Shown piece by piece: positions 1 to 8,634 of a stretch of 32,000 bases of DNA (its first letter is position 1; every line of letters begins with the position of its first letter). Origin of the DNA: Opitutales bacterium (GTDB lineage: Bacteria; Verrucomicrobiota; Verrucomicrobiia; Opitutales; Coraliomargaritaceae). The translations under genes and the position numbers were made by a program. The DNA lies in assembly GCA_049606355.1 (NCBI GenBank), contig JBMYVL010000005.1, positions 1 to 32,000 of the forward strand. The letters run 5' to 3'. The notes under the pieces are model-generated. The model saw only the letters and a program-made list of their open reading frames with translations, was not told the DNA's origin and did not search any database.

Positions 1-234
1 TGCGGTAGCTGATTCGGTGAACCTACAGAGAGCACCTCTCAGAAGCAGGATAAGCTAAAAGTTGCCCCCTTCATTTATTACCGAGCGGTAATAATGACTT
101 GTTTTTGAACGCTGTTCGATCCAGGCGCAGGCTTCGGATACAAAATGAATCCGTAGAAAGTGACCCGCGCAGGCGAAGATGCTGTTCAGGAGACGGGGGA
201 CCAAAGACCTGCCGCTGCCAGCGCGGGCTGGAAA

Positions 235-265
235 TAAAAAAGCCTCCACGGCTGTGGAGGCTTTT

Positions 266-266
<1 letters not shown>
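235..266. terminator. Bidirectional rho-independent terminator hairpin
   Basis: AAAAAAGCCTCCAC-GGCT-GTGGAGGCTTTTT. The 9-bp stem spans 241-249 and 254-262, with an A-run on the left and a T-run on the right. On the minus strand it directly follows the tRNA-Pro 3' end and is followed by TTTTTTATTT. Confidence 0.7.
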
Positions 267-342
<76 letters not shown>

Positions 343-454
343 TTCCAAAAGAAAGTCGGAGTGCATCATAAATGACTCCCCTGTCAATGCCGATTCTACC
401 GAAATTTAGCTGGCCCGCAGCCCGTAGCTTCCCGGGAATCCGGCGACGGCGCCT

Positions 455-1225
455 TTAGCCCAAATGCGCCTGCATCTCCTGCACCGCCTGCTCGATGCCG
501 ACGAAGAGTGCCCGACTGATCATGGAGTGCCCGATATTCAATTCGTGTAAATGTGGGATCTGCACAATCTCGCTAATGTTCTCGTAGTTGATCCCATGGC
601 CGGCATTCACCACCAGGCCGAGACTGTGCGCATACTCCGCGGCATTGACCAAGGCCTCAAACTCGCGCTGCCGCCCCGCGTGAAAATAGGCGTTGGCATA
701 GGCGCCGGTGTGCAGCTCGATCCAGGGGCTTTGTAAGGCCGCAGCGGTCTCAATTTGCGCGGTATCGGGATCGATGAACAAGCTGGTTTGAATCCCGGCC
801 GCAGTCATCGCAGCGACGACCTCCGCGACACGCGATTGCTGGCCGGCGACATCCAGGCCTCCCTCGGTGGTCACCTCCTCTCGGCTCTCCGGCACCAAAC
901 AGACGGAGTAAGGCTGCAGTTCGAGTGCATACTCAATCATCTCCGTGGTACAGGCCATCTCCAGGTTGAGGCGCGTGCCAATTTGCCGGCGCGCCCGGCG
1001 CACGTCCGAATCCTGAACATGGCGACGGTCCTCCCGCAAATGCATGGTAATCCCGTCCACTCCGGCGCGCTCTGCCAAGAGCGCGAGCGCGACGCAATCC
1101 GGCTCCACTTCTGCGCCGTGATCCAAGGGGTGCTGACGGTAGCGCGCCTGTCGGACGGTGGCGCAATGGTCGACATTTAAGCCAAGCCGTATCTTTTGAG
1201 CCGGAGTTTTCATAATCGTTGCCAT
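455..1225 (-). CDS. pdxJ: Pyridoxine 5'-phosphate synthase
   Basis: The 256-aa ORF contains LGLNVDHCATVRQAR and GVDGITMHLREDRRHVQDSDV, which are hallmark PdxJ motifs. It starts with ATG; an alternative ATG lies at 1213. Confidence 0.9.
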   Translation of the reverse strand: MATIMKTPAQKIRLGLNVDHCATVRQARYRQHPLDHGAEVEPDCVALALLAERAGVDGITMHLREDRRHVQDSDVRRARRQIGTRLNLEMACTTEMIEYALELQPYSVCLVPESREEVTTEGGLDVAGQQSRVAEVVAAMTAAGIQTSLFIDPDTAQIETAAALQSPWIELHTGAYANAYFHAGRQREFEALVNAAEYAHSLGLVVNAGHGINYENISEIVQIPHLHELNIGHSMISRALFVGIEQAVQEMQAHLG

Positions 1226-1252
1226 CGCTACTACCTGAGAACGAAATCGGAT

Positions 1253-2986
1253 TTAATCAACCGCAGACCCGTCTTCACTGGGGCGCCAATCGACCACGGT
1301 TATTTGCGGGCTGCGCTGGTTGCGCCAAAAGTTCCAGGAGAGGCGCACCGCCAGATCGATCGGTTGTCCGGCCGTGGGGGCTTCCCCCAAACGCCAGGCC
1401 ACGCCTGACAGACCACGCCCATCGCCTGCGGGCGCCGGCAGGCGCAAGCGGAAATTATTCTCCCCAAATGCCTGCGGGCTATCCTGCAGGACCACCCCGC
1501 GCAGACCAAAAACGGGCTCGGAGTTCCCCTGCCCAAAGGGCCGCAGGCGGTCCAACTGCTCCAGCAGAGTTTCGGAAACCTGCTCGAGCTCCAGCCAGGC
1601 GGACAGCCGCAGCGATGGCTCCGGTAAGCCATTGGGGTGCAGGGCCGCCAGGCTTTCGACAAAGCGTTGCGTGAAGGCTTCGACCTCCTCTGCCTGTAAG
1701 GAAACCCCCACGGCCATCGGGTGCCCGCCCCAATGCCCGAGCAGATCGGCACAGCGCTGCAAGATCTCGACTAAATTAACGTTGTGCACGCTGCGTCCCG
1801 AGCCTTTGGCGAGTTCGCCCTCGGCTCCTAAAATGACACAGGGCTTATTGAAGCGGCGACTCACGCGCGAGGCGACAATACCGACCACACCGGGGTGCCA
1901 ATCGGCGCCGTATAAAACCACACCCGGCGCATCGGCGAAATCACGCTCCGCGCGCGCCTCGGCTTCCTGCACGATCGCGCGCTCAATCAACTGGCGCTCG
2001 CGGTTCATCGTGTCCAGCTGCTTGGCCCGCTCGCGGCAGGCCTGATAATCGTCGTCCAGCAATAACTCGATCGGGAGCGAGGCATCCGCCAGCCGCCCAC
2101 TGGCATTGATGCGCGGCGCCATCTTAAAGGAGATATCGGCACTGACGATTTCCTGCGCCGCATCGATGCCACTCACTTCGGCTAAGGCACGCACGCCGGT
2201 GCGCCCGTTGGCCCGTAAGTGGTGCAGGCCAAACCAAGAAAGAATCCGGTTTTCGCCGTGCAGGGGCACCAGGTCGGCAATCGTACCCATCGCCACCAGG
2301 TCTAAATAATCCTTCAGCTGAATCGACGCTACGCGCGGATCGTGCGCCTCCCGCCGGCTTTTTAAAATTCCATGCAGGAGCTTGAAGACCAGCCCGGCGG
2401 TACACAAGTGGCGCCAAGCAGCGGTCGCCGCATCGTTCACGTGTGGGTTGATAAAAATACAATCCGCCGGTGCCTCGGTCTTGGTCTGGTGGTGATCGAC
2501 GATGATCACATCCACCCCTTGCTTGCGGATGTAAGCGATCGCATCGTGCGCATTGGTCCCACAATCGAGTGCGATAAACAGATCGGGCGCATCGCCGTCA
2601 AACACGCGGTCGATCGCTTCTTCACTGAGGCCATAGCCCTCCTCCAAGCGACGCGGCACACAGTAACGCGGATCGAGCTCCAGCTGCCGCAACAGGCTCA
2701 CCAGTTGCACGGTACTGGTCACCCCGTCCACATCGTAATCACCGAAGACGACGACCGACTCTTTGGCAGCGACCGCCTGCTCGATGCGCGTGACGGCGGC
2801 GCGCAGATTGGTCAGCGCAAATGGGTCCTCGAGCTGGGCAAGGCGCGGCCGCAAGAACGCCTCGGCAGTCTCGACATCCGCCAAGCCGGCATGCACCAGC
2901 AACTGCCCCAATACTTCGGATACCTCGAGCGACTTACTCAATTCGGCCGCCAGTGATGCATCGGTATCGGTGGTTTTCCAGAGCAT
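1253..2986 (-). CDS. recJ: Single-stranded-DNA-specific exonuclease RecJ
   Basis: DHH-family motifs are present: VVVFGDYDVDGVTS, IALDCGT and VIIVDHHQ, followed by a DHHA1-like region (GGHPMAVG). The longest ORF starts with TTG at 3022. I prefer the ATG at 2986 (MLWKTTD...). Confidence 0.88.
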   Translation of the reverse strand: MLWKTTDTDASLAAELSKSLEVSEVLGQLLVHAGLADVETAEAFLRPRLAQLEDPFALTNLRAAVTRIEQAVAAKESVVVFGDYDVDGVTSTVQLVSLLRQLELDPRYCVPRRLEEGYGLSEEAIDRVFDGDAPDLFIALDCGTNAHDAIAYIRKQGVDVIIVDHHQTKTEAPADCIFINPHVNDAATAAWRHLCTAGLVFKLLHGILKSRREAHDPRVASIQLKDYLDLVAMGTIADLVPLHGENRILSWFGLHHLRANGRTGVRALAEVSGIDAAQEIVSADISFKMAPRINASGRLADASLPIELLLDDDYQACRERAKQLDTMNRERQLIERAIVQEAEARAERDFADAPGVVLYGADWHPGVVGIVASRVSRRFNKPCVILGAEGELAKGSGRSVHNVNLVEILQRCADLLGHWGGHPMAVGVSLQAEEVEAFTQRFVESLAALHPNGLPEPSLRLSAWLELEQVSETLLEQLDRLRPFGQGNSEPVFGLRGVVLQDSPQAFGENNFRLRLPAPAGDGRGLSGVAWRLGEAPTAGQPIDLAVRLSWNFWRNQRSPQITVVDWRPSEDGSAVD

Positions 2987-3084
2987 TAAGACTTGGTGGG
3001 GACGGCCGCAGCAAGGCGGCAACAGTGGCAGGTCATTCGACGCACCGCTAAATCGAGGAAATCACTGATGTATGGGTGTCCCAT

Positions 3085-5631
3085 TTAGGCGTCTGCTGGC
3101 GCAGCCTCCCACTCGTACTTCTTAGGCGTGAGCTCGCGCTCATCCACGTGCTTGCGATCCCCCTTGTGCCACCAGAAGAAGACCGGGCTGGCGATAAAGA
3201 TGGAGGAGAAGGTACCGGTTAAAATACCGATGATAAAGACGAAGGAGAAATCGGTGATCACACCGGAGCCGAAGATGTACAGCGAGCAGGCCGCCAGCAA
3301 AGTGGTGATACTCGTCAATAAGGAGCGCGAGAAGACGCGATTGATCGCCAAATTAATGATCGAGCGCAGACCTGCGCCCGGGTTGAGCTCCAACTCTTCG
3401 CGAATGCGGTCGAACACAACGATGGTATCATTAATCGAGTAACCGACGATCATCAGAATCGCGGCCAACATCGGCGCGGTGAATTGACCACTGACAAAGA
3501 TGTCGAGCGCGCCGCAAATCACAAAGACGCCGACGGTCATGAAGACGTCGTGGATCGTAGCGATCACCGCACCGACCCCGTAGCCGACTTCAAAGCGCAG
3601 CGCCACGTACAGGAGGATACCACCGAGCGCAGCGATCACGGACCACATCGCATTCCATTGGATGCTGCTGGAAACCGCCGCACCGATCTGGGTGACGGCA
3701 ATTTCTTCAAGCCCTGCCTGTGGGTAGGCTTGCTGAAGGCCTGCCAGCACCGCGCGACTTTGATCAAAGCGTGTTTGTAGCTTCAGTACCTCACGGTCCT
3801 CACCGATCAGGGTTTGGTAAACCGGGTTGACTTCGCCCAGACCCAACTGCGCGGCCGCAGCACTCAAGGCACCCCCTTCAATCTTTTCCTCAAAGGCGAC
3901 TGTCATTTCATCCCCACCGGTGAAATCGATCCCCATGATGTTCTCGTGATGCAGGGCAATGCTGACGACGCCGGCAGCGACCAGCGACCACGAGGCAATG
4001 AAGGCGGGTTTGCGGAATTTGAAGAAATCGATCTTCATTTCACCCAGCAAGCTGAGCCCCAAGACCTTTTTGACCCCGGCACGGTGTACCAGGAAATCCA
4101 CCATAAAGCGGGTGACGACCAGCGCACAAAAGATGGAGGCGCAGATACCAATCGCGAGGGTGTAACCGAAGCCCTTTACCGGCCCGGTGCCCAACCAGAT
4201 CAAAATACACGCAGTGATCAGCGTGGTGACGTTGGCATCCACAATTGTGGAGGTTACTTTCTGGAAGGCATTCACCGTCGCAGTGGACAGGCTTTTGCCC
4301 AGTTTGAGCTCCTCGCGGAGGCGCTCAAAGATGAGGATATTGGCATCCACCCCCATGCCGAGGGTGAGCACCAGCGCGGCGACGCCGGGCAGCGTAAGGG
4401 TGGCGCCCAAGCTGGCGAGGACACCCAATACGATAATGACATTGATGATCGCAGACGCCACGGCAACCGCACCACCGATGAAGTAGTACAGGACCATAAA
4501 CGCGACCACGAAGATCGCGCCCCACTTCACTGCGTTGAGTGAACTATCGCGGGCGCCGGCAGCCATGGATGGGCCGACTTCGTACATCTCGTCGACGCGT
4601 AATTCCACGGCGAGAGGATTGTTGAGTACATTCGCCAGATCAAAGGCTTCCCGCTGTGAGTAATTACCGGTGATTTGTGCATTTTTGGAAAGCACCCCCT
4701 GTACCGTCGGTGCGGAGTACAGCTTGCCGTCGAGCACGATCGCCAGCGGCTGGCCGAGCAATTTCTCCGTCACGGTGCGGAAAACTTTCGCCCCGTCTGC
4801 GGTCATGACCAAATTCACCTGAAAGCCACCGGTCGGTGTCTGCGAGGCAAAGGCATCTTCGACGATCTCGCCGGTGGCCTCGGGAATGCGCTTCACAAAC
4901 ATGCGGCGCTCGTACACCTCGCCATTCGAGCGGTCTTCGATCTCTTCAGCGAGTACTTCGTACCCAACCGGGTATTGATTGGTGGGCGTGCGATCCGGCT
5001 CCAGCGAGGGGTGCACGGTACGGAATTCCAAGCGCGCCGGTTTCTTGATAATGTCGATGATTTCCGGGTTCTCTTTGGTCGATGCGCCCGGCATCTGAAT
5101 CTCGATGGCATTCTCGCCGCGCGGACGAATGATCGGCTCGGCCACGCCGGAACCATCCAAACGTTCGCCCATAATGGTAATCGCGTCTTCCAGTTGTTCG
5201 GCTTGCTCGTAGGCGCTCATCCCGACCTGCGCAGACGCATCCATCTTCATGGTGACCCCGACGCCGCCCTTGAGGTCCAGCCCCAGACGCAGCTGGCTCT
5301 GTGCACGGCTCAAGAGGTATTTGAGCAGGATGTTGTTCCGCTTGTTGCGGTTGGCGATATCCTTGACCTGTATCTCCGGGAAGAAGGTCGCGTAATCGAT
5401 CTCCTCTTCGACGCCCAGCTCGCGCAGCGCAGTGAACAAGGTCTTCGACTCCTTGTTGGCAACACGCGCTTGAGCGCGATCGAGAATCGCATTGAAGGTG
5501 TCGACCTCGGCGGTCGCCTGCTCCGCGATGTATTGCTCAAAGGGACGATCCTGCAAGGGGGTGATGCTGATGATACACCACCAAATAATCAGGGCAGTGA
5601 GGATGAATTTCCAAAGGATGTTACCGGACAT
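3085..5631 (-). CDS. secDF: Protein translocase subunit SecDF (fused SecD-SecF)
   Basis: The 848-aa ORF has an N-terminal TM helix, a large periplasmic domain and two blocks of 6 TM helices. SecD/SecF signatures are present (LGLDLKGG, GMGVDANILIFERLREE, GYSINDTIVVFDRIREE). It lies immediately downstream of yajC. Confidence 0.92.
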   Translation of the reverse strand: MSGNILWKFILTALIIWWCIISITPLQDRPFEQYIAEQATAEVDTFNAILDRAQARVANKESKTLFTALRELGVEEEIDYATFFPEIQVKDIANRNKRNNILLKYLLSRAQSQLRLGLDLKGGVGVTMKMDASAQVGMSAYEQAEQLEDAITIMGERLDGSGVAEPIIRPRGENAIEIQMPGASTKENPEIIDIIKKPARLEFRTVHPSLEPDRTPTNQYPVGYEVLAEEIEDRSNGEVYERRMFVKRIPEATGEIVEDAFASQTPTGGFQVNLVMTADGAKVFRTVTEKLLGQPLAIVLDGKLYSAPTVQGVLSKNAQITGNYSQREAFDLANVLNNPLAVELRVDEMYEVGPSMAAGARDSSLNAVKWGAIFVVAFMVLYYFIGGAVAVASAIINVIIVLGVLASLGATLTLPGVAALVLTLGMGVDANILIFERLREELKLGKSLSTATVNAFQKVTSTIVDANVTTLITACILIWLGTGPVKGFGYTLAIGICASIFCALVVTRFMVDFLVHRAGVKKVLGLSLLGEMKIDFFKFRKPAFIASWSLVAAGVVSIALHHENIMGIDFTGGDEMTVAFEEKIEGGALSAAAAQLGLGEVNPVYQTLIGEDREVLKLQTRFDQSRAVLAGLQQAYPQAGLEEIAVTQIGAAVSSSIQWNAMWSVIAALGGILLYVALRFEVGYGVGAVIATIHDVFMTVGVFVICGALDIFVSGQFTAPMLAAILMIVGYSINDTIVVFDRIREELELNPGAGLRSIINLAINRVFSRSLLTSITTLLAACSLYIFGSGVITDFSFVFIIGILTGTFSSIFIASPVFFWWHKGDRKHVDERELTPKKYEWEAAPADA

Positions 5632-5676
5632 AAGGGGGGCCTATCTAAGTGGGTTGAGGCAGACGCAGCGGATCGA

Positions 5677-5994
5677 CTAAGCGTCGACTTTGTGACCAAT
5701 GGACTGCTTGGTGAGCTCAATTTTGACGTTATCCGCGATGCGTACCACGAAGCGGTCGTCTTTTACATTTGTGATTGTGCCGTAAATGCCGCCGCTGGTG
5801 ATCACGGCATCGCCGGTCTTCAGCTCCGACAGCATTTTATCATGTGCCTTTTGGCGCTTGCGCTGTGGCGCAATGATCAAGAACCACATACCCACGAAGA
5901 GCAGGATAATTGGCAAAAATTGGCCGAGCCCACCGCCGGCAGGTGCTGCGGCTTGGGCCAGTGGAAGCGAAAGGATGGAATCGAGATTCGGCAT
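5677..5994 (-). CDS. yajC: Preprotein translocase subunit YajC
   Basis: A small single-TM protein with the motifs IILLFVGMWFLIIAPQRKRQK and GDAVITSGGIYGTI. I prefer the ATG at 5994 over the TTG at 6027. It forms a yajC-secDF operon arrangement. Confidence 0.85.
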   Translation of the reverse strand: MPNLDSILSLPLAQAAAPAGGGLGQFLPIILLFVGMWFLIIAPQRKRQKAHDKMLSELKTGDAVITSGGIYGTITNVKDDRFVVRIADNVKIELTKQSIGHKVDA

Positions 5995-6059
5995 AATGCT
6001 GTTTGAGTTGAAAAACCGCAGAAACAAAGGCAGTCGCAGCGAAATGGCAAGTTCCTATT

Positions 6060-6938
6060 CTAGCCTAGAACCAGCCCCAGGGAAAACAACAGCCCATAGC
6101 TGGCGACGATCGCTCCCGCGGCCCGCAGCGCCATGGTAAACTCCTCGGCCGTGCGGGCCAGCGCCAATCGCTGCGCCTGCCACAGCGCCGCCGCCGCAGG
6201 CAGCAATGCCAAGCACACCGCGAGCCCGTAACCACACAGGTAAAAGACCACCGGTGCCAGCGCCGCCGTGCCGGCCGCCAGCCGGTAGAACTGCAGCGCA
6301 AAGCCGCGCCCGAAGCGCACCACCAGCGTCCGCTTGTGCGTGCGGCGGTCCTCCTCATAATCTCGGTAATTATTCACCACCAATAAGTTATTAATAAGCA
6401 ATCCGCTCGACAGGCCCAACAGCAGCACTTCCGCACGCAGCCCGCCGGTCTGCACAAAGTAAGTGCAGCCGACCGCGACAAAGCCGAAGAACAGCACCAC
6501 AAACACATCGCCCAAGCCATTGTAGGCAAGGGGGTACGGCCCTCCCGTGTAAAGCCAGGCGCAGAGCACGCTGGCCAAGCCGACAAGCAGCAGCCACCAG
6601 CCACCATAGGGGATCAGACCCAGGCCACAGAGAAACGCCAGCGACAGGATGCCAATCGCCGCCCGACGCATCTGCGGCGGCGCCACCAAACCCGCCGCCA
6701 CCGCACGGCGCGGACCGATGCGTTGCGCAGTATCGCCGCCCTTAACTGCATCCAGGTAATCGTTGGCAAAATTTGTGCCGATTTGGACCAGCAGCGCGAA
6801 GAGCAGGCAGATCGCCGCCGGTTGCCAAAGAAACTGCCCGACCGCAGCGGCCGCACTGGAGCCAAGCAACACCGGAGTGACGGCTGCAGGTAGGGTCTTC
6901 GGCCGGGTGGCCTCGAGCCAAATAGAGCATTTTGACAT
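6060..6938 (-). CDS. menA: 1,4-dihydroxy-2-naphthoate polyprenyltransferase (UbiA superfamily, MenA-like)
   Basis: The 292-aa polytopic membrane protein has the N-terminal W..ATRPKTL motif, the Asp-rich motif NFANDYLDAVKGGD and a second motif NNYRDYEEDRRTHKRT. Confidence 0.78.
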   Translation of the reverse strand: MSKCSIWLEATRPKTLPAAVTPVLLGSSAAAAVGQFLWQPAAICLLFALLVQIGTNFANDYLDAVKGGDTAQRIGPRRAVAAGLVAPPQMRRAAIGILSLAFLCGLGLIPYGGWWLLLVGLASVLCAWLYTGGPYPLAYNGLGDVFVVLFFGFVAVGCTYFVQTGGLRAEVLLLGLSSGLLINNLLVVNNYRDYEEDRRTHKRTLVVRFGRGFALQFYRLAAGTAALAPVVFYLCGYGLAVCLALLPAAAALWQAQRLALARTAEEFTMALRAAGAIVASYGLLFSLGLVLG

Positions 6939-6961
6939 CTAATAAGAGATCGGACAGCACG

Positions 6962-6990
6962 TTGACCCGGTCAAGCTTCATACCTAAACT
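6962..6990 (+). promoter_or_regulatory. Candidate sigma70-type promoter for pcm (possibly giving a leaderless mRNA)
   Basis: TTGACC (6962-6967), a 17-nt spacer, then TAAACT (6985-6990). The pcm ATG starts 7 nt after the -10 element and no Shine-Dalgarno is visible. The -35 lies inside the palindrome TTGAC-CCG-GTCAA (6962-6974). Confidence 0.35.
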
Positions 6991-6996
6991 ACGGGT

Positions 6997-7608
6997 ATGA
7001 CGCGCTACCCCGAAGCGGTGCAGTTGGCCAGCGAGGTCCGCGATGCACGTGTGCGCGAGGCCTTCGCACGGGTCGACCGCCGCCGCTTCGTGCCGCAAGG
7101 CTACCAATCCAGCGCTTGGGCGGACCACCCCTTGCCGCTGTCGGCAACGGCGACGCTATCGCAGCCCAGCCTGGTCGCCCAGATGACCGAATGGCTGGAG
7201 CTCGACCCCACCCACCGCGTGCTGGAGATCGGCACCGGTTCGGGCTACCACTCGGCGATCCTCGCCGAACTTGCCGACGCCGTCTATACGATTGAATACG
7301 ATGCCGCACTCGCCCGCGCGGCGCAGCAGCGCTTAAGGGCTCTGGGCTATCGCAACATCCAGTTTCAAACCGGCGATGGTGCCGAGGGCTGGCCGCAAGC
7401 GGCTCCGTTCGACCGCATCATCGCCAGCGTTGCCTTCCCGGAACGCCCGACCCGACTGCTCGAACAACTCTGCCTTGAGGGCCTGGCGCTGATCCCGGTC
7501 GGTCCCGCCGATCGACTGCAACGCTTACTGCGCTACCAGCGCCTCCAGCAAGGGGTCGAGAGCCGCGAATTGACCGGCGTGGTTTTTGTCAGCTTGCAGT
7601 CCCCCTAA
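6997..7608 (+). CDS. pcm: Protein-L-isoaspartate O-methyltransferase
   Basis: The 203-aa ORF contains VDRRRFVP, TLSQPSLVAQM and the SAM-binding motif VLEIGTGSGYHSAILAEL. Confidence 0.9.
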   Translation: MTRYPEAVQLASEVRDARVREAFARVDRRRFVPQGYQSSAWADHPLPLSATATLSQPSLVAQMTEWLELDPTHRVLEIGTGSGYHSAILAELADAVYTIEYDAALARAAQQRLRALGYRNIQFQTGDGAEGWPQAAPFDRIIASVAFPERPTRLLEQLCLEGLALIPVGPADRLQRLLRYQRLQQGVESRELTGVVFVSLQSP

Positions 7609-7666
7609 GGGGCGCAGGCGTTGATTCCCGATTGCCTTCCTGCGAGGACCCACCTAAGCCAACACC

Positions 7667-8584
7667 ATGCAACCGACTCTTCTCGTACTCGCAGCCGGCA
7701 TGGGCAGTCGCTATGGCGGCCTCAAACAACTCGACCCCATGGGGCCCAAGGGCGAAACCGTACTCGACTACTCGGTTTACGATGCGATTCAGGCAGGATT
7801 CGGAAAAGTCGTTTTTGTGATCCGTCGGGAATTTGCCGCGGACTTTCAAGCCGCCGTCGGCGACAAGTTCGAAGCTCACATCGAGGTGGCCTATGCCTAC
7901 CAAGAACTGGATGATCTGCCCGCAGGCTTTCAACTGCCCGCAGGCCGCGAGAAGCCTTGGGGCACCGCACATGCCGTGCGCGCGGCCCGCAAACAAATCG
8001 ATACGCCGTTTGCCGTGATTAATGCCGATGATTTCTACGGTCGCGATGCGTTTGTGCAATTGGCTCGTTTTTTCAGTCAGTCGGATTCGGATCCGGAATT
8101 ACGCACCTGTATGATCGGCTACCCCTTGGCCAACACCCTATCCCAACACGGCAGTGTAAATCGCGGGCTTTGTACCGTGCGCAAGGGCCGCCTGCAGGGC
8201 GTTGAAGAGCATACCGAAATCAACCGCGACTCGGCGGGCGGGCTGCAGGGCCTCAACCTGAAGCAGGAGCGCGTTGCGATCGATGCGGGTGCGATTGTCT
8301 CGATGAATTTCTGGGGCTTCACTCCGGCTATTTTCGCCAGCATTGAAGCGCTCTTCTCTGAATTTTTGACCCAGCGAATCAAGGAGCCCAAATCGGAGTG
8401 CTACATCCCCAGTATTGTCGATACGCTGATCCAGAGTGAGCAGACCGAGTGCGCCGTTATTGAAACCAGTGGTGCCTGGTTTGGCGTCACCTACCCGGCC
8501 GACAAGCCGTACGTGCAAGACAGCATTCAGCAGCTCATCGCCGAGGGTGCCTACCCCTCGCCCCTCACTGAATTCAGCCCTTAA
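7667..8584 (+). CDS. Sugar-phosphate nucleotidyltransferase family protein (substrate unknown)
   Basis: The N-terminal LVLAAGMGSRYGG.K is the GxGxR nucleotidyltransferase signature. WGTAHAV and VINADDFYG motifs are also present. Length is 305 aa. Confidence 0.6.
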   Translation: MQPTLLVLAAGMGSRYGGLKQLDPMGPKGETVLDYSVYDAIQAGFGKVVFVIRREFAADFQAAVGDKFEAHIEVAYAYQELDDLPAGFQLPAGREKPWGTAHAVRAARKQIDTPFAVINADDFYGRDAFVQLARFFSQSDSDPELRTCMIGYPLANTLSQHGSVNRGLCTVRKGRLQGVEEHTEINRDSAGGLQGLNLKQERVAIDAGAIVSMNFWGFTPAIFASIEALFSEFLTQRIKEPKSECYIPSIVDTLIQSEQTECAVIETSGAWFGVTYPADKPYVQDSIQQLIAEGAYPSPLTEFSP

Positions 8585-8634
8585 CTTAGGCGACAAGCGC
8601 GTCGACAGCAATGCTGCGGCAGCTCGAGCTCCGA

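Noticed and set aside
2961-2971. 11-nt match (GGTATCGGTGG) between recJ coding sequence and the 21682-21713 hairpin arm
   Set aside because: It is a single short match with no flanking similarity or partner inverted repeat at the recJ site, so it is most likely chance.
4675-6006. 443-aa plus-strand ORF
   Set aside because: It is entirely antisense to secDF and yajC, which have clear family motifs. Its composition (Arg/Gly/Leu/His-rich, no recognisable domains) is typical of shadow ORFs in GC-rich DNA.
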